64,000 bases of DNA from Eledone cirrhosa (Eukaryota). This document shows, one piece after another, positions 14,340 to 27,044 of this stretch; within the stretch, counting starts at the first letter, position 1, and the number at the start of each line of letters is the position of its first letter. The notes beneath the pieces are model-generated. The model was not told the DNA's origin and searched no databases. It was given only the letters and a program-made list of their open reading frames with translations. The stretch covers positions 212,288,001 through 212,352,000 of the forward strand of contig OZ024741.1 in NCBI GenBank assembly GCA_964016885.1. The letters are read 5' to 3'. Position numbers and translations under genes: made by a program.

Positions 14340-14461
14340 ACGGAAAAGGAAGAGAAGGGATCTAGGGTTACAGAAGAATGGGGGTGAGAACGGGAGGGTA
14401 ATTGGCTCTTGGGCTAGGGCATTACCGCGGACCATAGCCAGCGACGCCCGCTATAACTAGC
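14340..14461 (+). mobile_element. Possible Helitron 3' terminus
   Basis: GC hairpin gcggac...gcccgc followed by tataaCTAG. Confidence 0.35.
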
Positions 14462-14799
14462 ATTTCTTAATAAGTGTTAAGAAACAAGTATTAAGTGGAG
14501 CAGCTGTGGAATGTAAACAACAGAAGGGAGCATTATGAAACTTAATTATAGTTTTATATATTTTTGAGGTTAAATTAAATATAAAAATTCCTGGGGTCAA
14601 TAAAATAAACAGTAAACATATTTGCCGCGTAGCAAAAATGTAGAAATATTAATACATATATAGATATGGTATTAGTATACTATATACAGGGACAACATTA
14701 ACATGAAAGCTAACTAGGTAGCCACCCCATACAGGCGCCATACTGAACCTTAAAGAATCACAGTTTTATACAAATTTCTATAATTATATTAAATACATA

Positions 14800-14996
14800 A
14801 TAATTGTTTCTAGTTTTGGCACAAGGCCAACATTTATCCCAGTGCATTACTTGTACTATATTTTATCGGCACCATAGAGATGGATGAAAGGCAAAGTTAG
14901 CCTAGGCGGGATTTGAACTGAGACCGTAAAGGGAGGTAACTCTATGCTGCAAAGCATAGCGTCCAACCCTCTACTGATACTGCCAATCCACCGCCA
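14800..14996 (-). mobile_element. tRNA-derived SINE copy (same family as 7880-9292)
   Basis: Reverse complement of head, core and tail. Confidence 0.85.
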
Positions 14997-15289
14997 TAAA
15001 TACATAATAATTATCTGCAACCGTTTGTATATTGGCTACGTAAAAAAGTTGGGAATATATCCAAAGCGCCACTGAATTTTCGGTGTGAGAGTGCTTTCAA
15101 CTTATTTGTGTATGATGCATAGTCGTTAAACCTCAGTGCTGCTACCAAAGTTACTATAACTTTGTCTTGTTTATCTCATTATGTTCGTTATAAATCCATT
15201 TAGAAGGTTTTATTTGTTTGTTTTTTTTTAAACTAAAATTATTATTTACTGACCACAATGAAGACATACAATAGTTTATAACTTTACCT

Positions 15290-15520
15290 ATTAATCCGTA
15301 TGGTGAGCAAATGAGGTCCACGGGCTGGCCTCCCCACAGCCCCGGCGGACACGATGGAGAAGGCGTTTCCTCGGAGGATGGTAAGGGAGATGCGTTGGAA
15401 GAGCCATTCCAACTCGCGACGCTCACACCTGCAGCTGGCTAGCTCAGCAACTATGGTGGAAAAGGTAGCCCTAGCACCAAGGACACCAAATGTCTCCACT
15501 GCCAAGGGCACGACCGTTAA
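15290..15520 (-). mobile_element. CRE-like (restriction-like endonuclease) non-LTR retrotransposon 3' end
   Basis: VPLAVETFGVLG...LFQRISLTILRGNAFSI motif; homolog at 41820-42075. Confidence 0.75.
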
Positions 15521-15964
15521 GCTGATATTGAGCTATGCGTTAAGCAGCCGAAATATATGATTGTAAGTATGTGCAAAAAACCCCATGGATTGTTCCTCTT
15601 GTAATGATCCATATTCTCCTCGACATAAGCCGCAAAGATAAGACTAGTTGCATCCCCTGTACACAACAACAACACAAGCGACCAACCACGTGAGATAAAC
15701 ACAAACGCAAAAAAAAATCATTTTTCGAAAATCTGTAACGAAGTTCTTTTTCAAACACAGCTGAAACTGGCTAAGATATAGAACAATATATAAATAATCA
15801 TCAATTTCCTATGTACATTAATACAGAAACCTTCTAAATTACCAAAAGGTCAGACATTGCATTTTTCAAACACTGTTTTCCCTATAACGCGTGATTTGTA
15901 AAGAAAACCCCACCGTATAAATTTTTTCACTATATATATATAGAGAGAGTAAGGAGCAGATATT

Positions 15965-16240
15965 ACAATAGCCTGGAGCTCCAAGGCCCTTAACTCTTTA
16001 ATAAGCTGCCAAGGAAATAGTGAGATCTGCAAGTTGTGGACGTGAATGTTTTCAAGAAACATCTTGACACTCTGCTATATAGTATCCCAGATACTTAAAG
16101 GTAGCTGTAGCAACGAACTCCCACCTACATCAATGGCAAACCAGTGCAGGCTGGATTTAGAAAGAGTAGCAATAAGGGCGGGTCCCCAGTATGGTCTCCA
16201 CCGGATGGCTGGAGCAGGTAAAAGAGTAACATTGAGTTAA
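15965..16240 (+). mobile_element. CR1/L2-group LINE 3' end remnant
   Basis: Frame reads SLELQGP*LFNKLPRK..VNVFKKHLDTLLYSIPD. Confidence 0.65.
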
Positions 16241-16359
16241 ATCTCACCGAGATTAACTTTGCCTTTCATCCTTACGGGGTCGATAAAATAAAGTACCAGT
16301 AATGTACTGGGTATTTGCTGGCCTTGTGCCAATAGTAGAAACAATTATATATATATATA

Positions 16360-16678
<319 letters not shown>

Positions 16679-17629
16679 ACACATACACACACATGTATAT
16701 GCCCGCGTGCGTATTTATGTTTGTTTATTTTACAGAAATATAATTTAACTTCTATTTTACAGAAGTATAATTTAAACTTTAAACAGAACTGCTTCTATAA
16801 AACTCCAAAGCGACACACAAGGTGAACTGCTTTATGATTCTTGCGTTGAGACCTCTCAAGTATGATTTGTATGTATGCATGTATGTATGTATGTGTGTAT
16901 GTATATATGTATGTACGCATGTATATGTACGTATGTCAGTGTGTATGGGTATGCAACTACGTATATGTATGTACGCATCTATGCCTATATGTATGTATAT
17001 GTGTGTCTGTACGTATATACATATGTACGTACGTATGTACGTATGTGTATGCAAGAACGTAGTATGTATATGTACGTATGTATGTGTTTTGGACGTATCT
17101 ATGTATTTGGACGTATCCATGTGTTTGTTCGTATCCATGTGTTTGTACATATCTATGTGTGCGTATCTATGTGTACCTATTTATGAGTATATATGTTATA
17201 TATATATATATTTATGTATGTGCGTGTATATATATATATTATATATATATATAATATGTGTGTCAGAAGCAGCCATATAGCGATCGCTAAACCTCTTGTA
17301 CGTCTTACTGTTTTTCAATTTCTCATAAGACATCTTCCTGGCACCAACACAAATTAGTTTAGGAAGTTCATATCACATTCACTGAATATCACTGCACTGA
17401 TTATATGCTGATTCAATGTATTAAAAAGATAGTTGATAACTCGTTTCACCATTTCAGCGCTCACCCACCCATACTGGCACTTCAGAGAGTGTGTTCAGCT
17501 CACCATCATTAAGTCATGATTTCGATTCCAGCACGTTGTGGATTTGAGCATGGTACTTTATTTTGTCTCGTTGACCCAATCCTCTCACCTAATACTGAGT
17601 TGTACCTGTATATTCAATTGCCCAGTCTC

Positions 17630-18100
17630 GTCACTCTGTCTGACACTGAATCTACCTGAGAACTACGTTAATGGTTCTCGCGTCTATAGAATGCTCAGCA
17701 TGTTAATTTCACATGTAGACTGTTCCGGCGTAGGAAGAACGTGAACACAAGATTTTCGAAACCGACGGATGTCCAACAAAACACATTTCTACATGTATAC
17801 AAAAATAACGGATCAACTTTGTTACACACTGTATCACACTAAATCTCTCTAAGAATAGCATTACAGGTACACGTGCTTGTGGAATACACAGCTCATTTGC
17901 ATGTTAATTTCACACGTATGCGGATTTCGAATCCAACGAATGTCAAACAAAACATTTCTATATGTATACAAAACAAAGGATTAGCTTTGTTACACAGCAT
18001 TGTCATGTTAGATCTTTCTTAGAGTAATATTACGGGTACACGTGCCTGTGGCATACTTAGCCAATTTGAATATCGATTTCACAAGGAGGCTGCGGTGTTG
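17630..18100 (-). repeat. About three diverged tandem units (about 165-190 bp) of a dispersed repeat (gaaattaac..gcaagtggctgag..ttccaca..cacgtgtacc)
   Basis: Units near 17630-17720, 17820-17915 and 17990-18090; related sequence at 29940-30230, 4230-4282, 58690-58800 and 59850-59946. Confidence 0.6.
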
Positions 18101-18177
18101 TTGAAACTACTGAATCATTCATAGATAGAACAGACGGAGGTCCTATTTGCGCAACACTTAGTAGATTTATATATATT

Positions 18178-18893
18178 CCCTTCTCCCCCTCACTTTCGTT
18201 TTTTTCTCTCTTCCTCTCTCTCTATCCATCCGTTCGGTTTTGATTGTTGATATGTTTACACGTGCCGTGGTAGCCTCTCTGTCCGCAATCTTTGCGGCAC
18301 GTTTTTACCACCGTCGTAAAAAAACCCTTCTGGATTATCTCCCTTTCCCTTCTCCTCCTACTCACTTGTGGTTGCCCGTGTCTCTCTCTCACTTTCTCCT
18401 CTCTATGCGAGAGGCAGCATGATTATACCAGCTCTGAGTCGTATCTGACCGCCAGGCTAATGTCTCCCAGGTTGGCCACAACTTACTTTCCCTATTTTTC
18501 CAAGGTTACCTTTTTGCATCTTTCTTTCACCTGTGTCTTCCCACGATGGGATCTGCACACTTTTTTCTTATATTCCTTTCATATGTTTGCCCTTCTTCCT
18601 CTCTCCTCATCTTTCCCCCCATGTTCTTCCTCCTTTCCCTCTCTTTCCTTTTCTCTCTCCCTTTTTTTCTCTCTTTCTCTCTCCTTTTCCACCTGGCCTT
18701 TTGATTAATAAAAGGCCTCGGGCGCATCCGAACTACACCGATGTCCTGTAATTCAGCGCCGAAACATCGGTTCGGGATACATTTACAGCTGACGATGGAA
18801 ACACCTTTCTTCCTTTCTCCTCCTGTTCCGTCCTAACCACTTTCTAAACCTTGTTTCTAGTAATCACACAGATCCTTTCGTTTCATAACTTTA
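18178..18893 (+). mobile_element. ORF-less pyrimidine-rich element in (TA)n carrying a permuted HHR (family P1)
   Basis: TA runs at both ends; HHR motif at 18737-18798 followed by a tail of about 95 nt, the layout seen in PLE pLTRs. Confidence 0.55.
18737..18798 (+). ncRNA. Candidate non-circularly permuted hammerhead ribozyme
   Basis: accgatGT-C-ctgtaa / ttcagcgcc / GAAAcatcggt / tcgggatacat / ttacag-CTGACGA-tgg. Stem III is 8 bp (18737-44 with 18764-71) and stem I is 6 bp (18746-51 with 18783-88). Confidence 0.65.
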
Positions 18894-20370
18894 TATATAT
18901 ATATATACTTAGGTTAATAGGAGTTAGGTATTGTATACCTGTGTCCCATTAAGGTATTGGCAGCATAATAATTAGCTCTATGCTTTGGAGCAGAGCCGTA
19001 TATATGAAAAAGAATATATGTATATATGTATATTGTATGCATTCGTATTATATTGTGTGTATGTGTATATGTGACATGTATGTGAATATATGTATGTATG
19101 CGTATGAGTGTGTATGTGTAAGTGTATGATGTGTGTATGTGTATATGTATGTATACTTTTCTGTAGAAATTCTCTCTATATGTGGTGTGTGGCACGAATT
19201 CCTCCTATGATACTCTTCTCTGAGAGGAGCACAATATGCAGAGTAACACATATGTATTGTCGAAGTTGAAACTGAGAACCACCACCCCTCCTGCTGACCC
19301 AAATGTTTACTGAGGACCAGAACACCATTCTCCGCAATATAAGAGCGAAATGCGCTTGCCGGCCTATTGATGACCATAACATCACATTCCAAGGTAAATT
19401 TTTATTAAAAATATACAACCACTGACACTGTTACGAAGACCAGAAAACCATACTCCATAATATCGAACCAAGTGATTGATTTGTGCGACCAAAATAACAC
19501 CAAACACATATTGAACTAGGAATATTGGATCCTCCGTCAATGTCCGGGTGAGCAAAAATAGAGTTCTATCTGCATTGGAATTTACGAACTTGTGCATCTG
19601 CTGTGGTGTCAAAAACAAACGAACATGACCGCACAAATAAACAATGGACCATGCCACATGGCTTGAACCCGTAAGTGAATTGAAGGTTCTGCAACTCTGA
19701 TACACAGATTATTTATTATTAAGATGTATAAACTTGACATAACTATTATCATCTTATATTCTCTCAACTAATCACACTTGATCATATTTCTCTATCCCGT
19801 TTTCTCCCCCCATAATTATTATATTTTTATTATTATTTGAAAAAATCGTTTTTTTTACATTGTGTTTTCCCCTCCAAATATTCGCTTATATTTCTTTATA
19901 TATTCTCTATCTATTTTTTTATCTTTATTTTTTTATCTTTATTATTTCCACTTTTATCCTCCTTTATATTTCACCTTATTCTTACTTTTATACCTTATTA
20001 TATTGTAATCTTCCCCATGCCTTATTATACACTATTAATTATAGATTATTATTATTACTCTTTTTCCATTTCTAATTACCTCATGTACTTTCTCCTCCGC
20101 TATATATATATATATATATATTGTATGCCCTTTGTGTTTGTGTAGCCTCTGCGCACCCTCTGCACCATACTATCGACGCCACCCCATCTATGGTTCAGCT
20201 AACCACCCGACTCCCGGGAATGAATATGACCGCAGCTAGTAAACAAGGACCCACACCCCACCCTCCCGCACCAAAATTAGACTTATCGTCCCCTACTTTT
20301 GCTCTTTACTCTCTTTACTCTTTGTTCTTGAATGTTTGGTTGGTAGAGTCCATAACACAAATCAAACCCC

Positions 20371-20430
20371 TTTTATAGCTCTGACGAATCCTACGGTTAC
20401 GTAAGGAAGAAACATTGTAAGCCAATAAAA
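20371..20430 (+). ncRNA. Type I hammerhead ribozyme motif (PLE pLTR remnant, tail to (TA)n at about 20470)
   Basis: ttttatagct-CTGACGA-atcctacg gtta cgtaagga-a-GAAAC-att-GTA-agccaataaaa. Confidence 0.7.
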
Positions 20431-20571
20431 ATCTTTTGATGTTGTAGACGCTCTTGTGTTCTTTTTCATATATATATATATATTTCGGTATTGAGTACTC
20501 CTTTCTCTCAGCCGTTAACCACATACTGATATATATATAACAAATATAGCTAAAAGTTTCACTATTGCAGC

Positions 20572-20675
<104 letters not shown>

Positions 20676-20711
20676 GTATATATATATATATATGTGTATA
20701 TATATAACCAG

Positions 20712-20770
20712 AGGTATATGATTTTTAAAGCGGTGAAATACTTATGAAGGTTGGAAGATCACTGACGAAG
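20712..20770 (+). ncRNA. Candidate non-circularly permuted hammerhead ribozyme
   Basis: aggtAT-A-tgatttt / taaagcggt / GAAAtactt / atgaaggttgg / aagatca-CTGACGA. Confidence 0.6.
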
Positions 20771-21226
20771 GAGTAATTTTATTCATATGTAACCCATGTG
20801 TTACCACGCACCACTCCATTTTTCTTATATTTATATTTTTTCCTCAGCTGCGATTGTCTGTTTCTTTCTTACTGCTTCCCCTCTCTCTGTATCTCTCACC
20901 TTCTTTTTACCCCCTCTGCCAGTCACACTCTCTCTCAGCTGGCCTTTTCCTCGCACTTCCACTCACTCACTCTCTGCTTCTCCTCCTCTCTCACTTCCTC
21001 CCGTTTGACCTGTGTGAAATCCTTTTCTCGCTCACATCTCACCCATATCGGATGGTCTGTATCTCTCGTCCATGATTTCACCAAGCTTAAGCTTATAGAT
21101 ATCATGTACTTGTCTATTCCTATCTTTCCGTTGCAATACCATCTTTGTTTGTTTACATGTCTCGCTCGCTTCACCCTATTTTACTTGTCCCAATAACTTT
21201 ATTTAGTTATTGCTCGCACCAACCAG

Positions 21227-21286
21227 AGATATATGATTTTTAAAGCGATGAAATACCTATGAAAGTTGGAAGATCACTGATGAAGG
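21227..21286 (+). ncRNA. Candidate non-circularly permuted hammerhead ribozyme
   Basis: agatAT-A-tgatttt / taaagcgat / GAAAtacct / atgaaagttgg / aagatca-CTGATGA. Confidence 0.55.
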
Positions 21287-21338
21287 ACTAATTTTCTTCA
21301 TATGTAACCCATGTGCAACCACGGAGCACTCCATTTTT

Positions 21339-21413
<75 letters not shown>

Positions 21414-21557
21414 GTACACATAAATACGTTTCTGTGTGAACAAAAAAGAAAATCTTTCGAACTCAACAGAATTCAACATCAACAATATTCTCTCTCAGCA
21501 GACATTTGTTGTTGTTATATTCTGTAGTAACAACAATAGCAACGACCACGATAATGA

Positions 21558-21619
<62 letters not shown>

Positions 21620-21872
21620 TTACTACTACTACTACTACTAATAATAATAATAATAATAACAATAATAATAATAATACTGATAATGTCTTAGACTTAGGTA
21701 TATTGGAGATGGTAGAATAGATTTCGAAGAACTGATTGCTCAGATATAATATTTTTTGGTAGTTTATCTGTTCGTCAGCTGTTAAAACTGCTGAGAGGCA
21801 AAGGTGAATGAGAGAAATGTGAAAGCCAATTTCTATCTACAAGTAAACTAATAACATCATCATCATCAAAAT

Positions 21873-22270
21873 AAGGTCGTGTAGGTGTCATGAAAAAAAA
21901 AGCACACAGTCCACGCTGGAATGTGGCCGTGTAGGTAACACGGTAAAAACCTCCCAGTCCATACTGTAAACGTGGTCGGTGCTAAGAAGGGCATCCAGCC
22001 GTAGAAAACCTGCCAGACGTGTAGGTGTCACTACAAAAAAAAACACACACAGTCCACGCTGTAATGTGGCCTTGTAGGTAACACGTTAAAAACCTCCCAG
22101 TCCACACTGTAAACGTGGTTGGTGTTAGGAAAGGCATACAGCCGTAGAAAACCCGCCAGACAGTACTATACGAGCAAGACAACCAATCTTGCCTCAAGTG
22201 GGAAAACTCCCGTCCAAACCCATGCAAGCGTGGAAGATGGACGTTAAACAATGATGATGATGATGATCAT
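21873..22270 (+). mobile_element. SINE 3' part with RTE-like tail and (ATG)n, internally duplicated
   Basis: Two copies of ..gggcatccagccgtagaaaacc..; ends ggacgttaaacaatgatgatg. Confidence 0.6.
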
Positions 22271-22602
22271 CATCATCATCATAATGATCATCATGAACAA
22301 AACAATCATAATGAACAAAACGATCATCGTAACAATCGTTCTAAAGATTGTCATCATCAACCACATTATCATCACCAACATTAATTACCACCATCATCAC
22401 AATCATGATCACCAGCACCAACATCATCGCCATTATGATCACCACCACCACCACCATCATGATCACCACCACCAGAACATCGCCATTATGATCAACACCA
22501 CCGCCATCATCATAATAAATTTCACCACTGTTGCCAACACCATATTCACTACCACCATCTCCATCGTTACGATACAGTCTAGACTAATATAGGGAGTGTA
22601 AT

Positions 22603-23093
22603 AACTGTTTCTACTTTTGGCATAAGGCCAGCAATTTTTCCCAGTGTATTACTGGTACTTTATTTTATAGACCCCCATAAGGATGAAAGGCAAAGTTAAC
22701 CTCGGTGGGATTTGAACTCAAACAATAAAGGGCCGTAACTCTTTTGCTGCAAAGCATGGCGTCTGACCCTCTACCGATACTGCTTGAAAGGCAAAGTTAA
22801 CCTCGGTGGGATTTGAACTCAGACAATAAAGGGCCGTAACTCTTTGCTTGCATAGCATGGCGTCCGACCCTCTACCGATACTGCCTGAAAGGCAAAGTTA
22901 ACCTCGGTGGGATATGAACTCAGACAATAAAGGGCCGTAACTCTTTGCTGCAAAGCATGGCGTCCGACCCTCTACCGATACTGCCTAAAAGGCAAAGTTA
23001 ACCTCGGTTTTGAACTCAGACAATAAAGGGCCGTAAATCTTTGCTTGCAAAGCATGGCGTCTGACCCTCTACCGATACTGCCAATCCACCGCT
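22603..23093 (-). mobile_element. tRNA-derived SINE with its head region (about 100 bp) amplified four times in tandem
   Basis: Unit gaaaggcaaagttaacctcgg..gaactcagacaataaagggccgtaactc..ccctctaccgatactgc occurs four times. Confidence 0.85.
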
Positions 23094-23109
23094 TAGAGAG
23101 TGTAATAAC

Positions 23110-23660
23110 AGCAGACATCAACTAGCAACATATTTCAAGATCTGAAGATTGAAGGTAAACATGGCAAAGACTACTACAACATTATTTCACATGTAAGCCA
23201 CGGAAGACAATCGCCAGTTCACTATTCACCTCGATGGTACACCACTCTCATATAACTCCAAACCAACCTATCACGAACTGAAATTGGATGTTCAGTACCT
23301 CGAGTTCTTACGTGCAAACATGTCCACAAGGAAGAGTATTCTACGCAGCTTGGCAGTCAGATCATGGGTTGCTGGCACATCTATCCTTCGACCCAGTGCA
23401 AACAAAAGCCTTGTGTTCTACATTGCTGCAGGAGCTCTTATATATTAAGAAGCCACATATTAAGAAGCCATACCTCAAAACTTTATGGCTCAACAGTTGA
23501 TGTTTTCGCCCTACATCTGCGATCTCCGGTATTACTGCTGCTCCCCTTCCTAGAGAACGTCATACACACATAGGTAATCAAGGCCTCAATAGATCCTAGT
23601 CATCCGCCCCACGACATAGCTAAGGATTCTCAGCTACTGGACAAACATCACTTGATGTCA
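23110..23660 (+). pseudogene. Vingi/Ingi-like LINE RT C-terminal remnant
   Basis: LATYFKI*RLKVNMAKTTTTLFHM..HLDGTPLSYNSKPTYHELKLD and RSLAVRSWVAGTSILR resemble Vingi motifs. Confidence 0.6.
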
Positions 23661-23699
23661 CCCCCCCCCCCCCCCCGTTCCCTCATCATGCAGGAAGTC

Positions 23700-24256
<557 letters not shown>

Positions 24257-24270
24257 TATATATATATATC

Positions 24271-24384
24271 TAGTAAAATAACAGATTAAAGTTTAAGCAA
24301 AGAATCGCTTCTTTCACCCTTAACGGGATCTTCTGAAACTCTTTTGAGCCGTCTTTGGATTTTAGTCTTCAAATTTATTATTAT

Positions 24385-24390
<6 letters not shown>
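24271..24390. mobile_element. Internally deleted derivative of the 36295-38240 PLE (inverted pLTR plus tail end)
   Basis: 24275-24340 matches 36303-36367; 24345-24390 matches 38195-38240. Confidence 0.75.
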
Positions 24391-24415
<25 letters not shown>

Positions 24416-24757
24416 GCGGCGATGAATTAGTTTTGCGAGGTTTTTTATATGAAATCGTGTGTCGAAACAGATATTGTTATATTTGGGGAGGGTCATATTT
24501 GCGTAATATTGCCAGAATTAATAACAGAACACACTCACTGTTTGGTTGGTTTTCGCTTCTCGCTGTCTTTTATATATATATATCTGCGATCTAACTTACT
24601 CGGTCCTCAATGTTGCCATTGACTGACCGGCGGTCAAAAATAATACAGATACAATATAGACAAACACATATATATATAGTTTACATAAATCTTCCCTGGA
24701 GGGAAATTAGCTAACCAGTGTAGAAAGGCCCTGAGAAAGACCCACTTAAAAATAAAG

Positions 24758-25231
24758 GTGGTAGAAAAGCCAGGAACCACCATAAAATCCCTGATCAGCA
24801 AAACCTACCCTTTTAAGAAAACCCACTGTACCAATAGGAAATGTATCATATGTAAGGTGAACCCCCGGATAAACTGTAAAACTAGAAACGTAGTCTATAG
24901 CATAAGATGTACAGAGGGTACTTGCAGAAACACGACAACAACATACATAGGTGAGACAGCTCGTAGCATAGGTGAAAGGATAGACCAACACTGGGGGGAA
25001 CTAAAAGGACGAAAAAACGGGTCAGTACTATACGAACATGCTAGACAACATCATGACGGTAACATAGACAACATAGAAATTAGAATAATATCTAAACATA
25101 GGAATGACCCAGCAGATAGGCAAATCAGAGAGGCCAGTGAAATAGAAATTAGAAGACCAAAGCTAAACAGAAAGAATGAGTGGAACAACAACAACACCCA
25201 AACAAACAACACTGACCTAAGAGAAGTATAA
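24758..25231 (+). CDS. PLE GIY-YIG endonuclease domain (open frame, 5'-truncated)
   Basis: CxxxxCxxC..CKTRNVVYSIRC..C..YIGETARSIGERIDQH..LYEH..RQIREA..PKLNRKNEW. Confidence 0.85.
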   Translation: MVEKPGTTIKSLISKTYPFKKTHCTNRKCIICKVNPRINCKTRNVVYSIRCTEGTCRNTTTTYIGETARSIGERIDQHWGELKGRKNGSVLYEHARQHHDGNIDNIEIRIISKHRNDPADRQIREASEIEIRRPKLNRKNEWNNNNTQTNNTDLREV

Positions 25232-25499
25232 ATAAATAAGTAAATTAAATTAAATAAAATAAGATAAATAAATACATACACAAGCACATAAACACACACT
25301 AGTCACCCAGCAGACAACACTATACACACTAGTCACACATCACACATAACACTATACACACACGCAAACGCATGCGCAAAGAAGACAAAATAAAATAAGA
25401 TAAACAAACAAGCAAATAAATAAATAAATAAATATATAGACAGACTGAACAAAAAAAATGGCGTAGACATACAACACAACAGGAGGAACAATGAATATA

Positions 25500-25545
25500 A
25501 CACCACTGACGATGTTGCAGAAGTGCAACGAAAGATTTATGTAAA
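25500..25545 (+). ncRNA. Type I hammerhead motif (stems I and III weak)
   Basis: CTGACGA-tgttgca gaag tgcaac-GAAA-gattta. Confidence 0.6.
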
Positions 25546-25746
25546 CTATATATATATGTGTTTGTCTATATTGTATCTGTATTATTTTTGACCGCCGGTC
25601 AGTCAATGGCAACATTGAGGACCGAGTAAGTTAGATCGCAGATATATATATATAAAAGACAGCGAGAAGCGAAAACCAACCAAACAGTGAGTGTGTTCTG
25701 TTATTAATTCTGGCAATATTACGCAAATATGACCCTCCCCAAATAT

Positions 25747-25798
<52 letters not shown>

Positions 25799-25893
25799 TA
25801 AATCATGTCCTTAGAATTATTAGATAAAATAATTGAGCCACATCGTGACAGGTTGCCACATATATATCTGTGATTTTATGTATATGTAAATCT

Positions 25894-25928
<35 letters not shown>

Positions 25929-25936
25929 TATAATAA

Positions 25937-26100
25937 TGGTTTTTTATATAGGCACAAGGCCAGCAATTTTCGGGGGAGGGGGGGAAAGTCGATTAGATCA
26001 ACCTCAGTGCGTGACTGGTACTTTATTTTATTGACCCCGTAAGGATGAAAAGCAAAATTAACCTCGGCGGGAGTTGAACTCAGATCATAAACGAGGGTAA
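25937..26100 (-). mobile_element. tRNA-derived SINE copy
   Basis: ggcacaaggccagcaatttt..actggtactttatttt..aaggatgaaa..gaactcag. Confidence 0.8.
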
Positions 26101-26988
26101 AACCAAAATATTAACCAGGCGTAATTCCGAACTACCAACAAGAGACTACAACGAAACTCAGTAGACACAGTCTACCTGACCTTCCCTTCAGTTCTTATTT
26201 ATAGGCTTTTCGCCTAGATCACTTTTAGTTACGCAGGGGTATTCAAAGTTTTTTCCCCCCACCACAACAATCTTTGATTTATTTAACAAAGAAAACTATC
26301 CACTCAACGGACTACTAAACAGTTTCAATCGATTTAGTAATTTTTTATTATTAGTCGTCTCCGAGATAGCTGTACAAGTAATTTCTTTTAAAAAATAGTT
26401 AATAGGTTTGGTTAACATTTTTGAAGATGAAATTCATTTATACTATCACCTGTGATGTTTTGAAGAAATATAGCCTGCAAAACCGTCGCAAATTACTCGT
26501 ATGCTGTGCTTCTATATCAGAACACTATAACACTTGCCTAGGACTGGCCGTTTATAGATGTTGGTTTATGGTCCTGGTGGACTGATCTGCGAATGTGTTA
26601 TCACAGATGATGAGGGAAATGAACTGAAAGAGCCAACCAGGCAGGTGGGGCTTACATTTGCCTACGGGGGTGAATGTTGTGGGGGAATTGGTTTTTGCAC
26701 CCAGGATCTCAGATGTTTCCAACTCCAAGTATTAAACTATAACAAAGGTTATATATATATATATATATATTGGTGCGTGTGTGTGTAACTGTTTAGGATA
26801 TATATATTTTTGTCGCTGCTTATTGAAATACATGTACATTATTAATAAGAAAATAATCGTTCTACGTCTGGAAGAAATAATATAAACAATGTATTCAAAA
26901 TAATAGATTCCTGCACATTCTCAAATATTCTTATTCAAAAATTCGCCTATAACTTATTGCTTTATTTCCCAGGCAACGGCAAGTATCC

Positions 26989-27040
<52 letters not shown>

Positions 27041-27044
<4 letters not shown>

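Larger units (their letters stand above)
20707..21342 (+). mobile_element. Retrozyme-like non-autonomous element (family P2): 515-bp unit with direct terminal repeats, each with a permuted HHR
   Basis: Repeats 20707-20830 and 21222-21342; no ORF; (TA)n flanks; homologous along its length to 49281-49871. Confidence 0.75.
24416..25752 (+). mobile_element. 5'-truncated PLE (Neptune/Poseidon-like GIY-YIG) with inverted pLTR arms of about 220 bp
   Basis: 24471-24693 is the reverse complement of 25532-25752; EN ORF lies between; HHR core at 25506-25540. Confidence 0.88.

Noticed and set aside
19170-19710. Possible coding exon or PLE endonuclease remnant upstream of the 20371 HHR
   Set aside because: No recognisable protein motif in any frame I could read.
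21545-22580. Poly-Thr/Asn and His-rich ORFs
   Set aside because: Trinucleotide (ACT/AAT/CAT/CAC) microsatellites extending from repeat tails.
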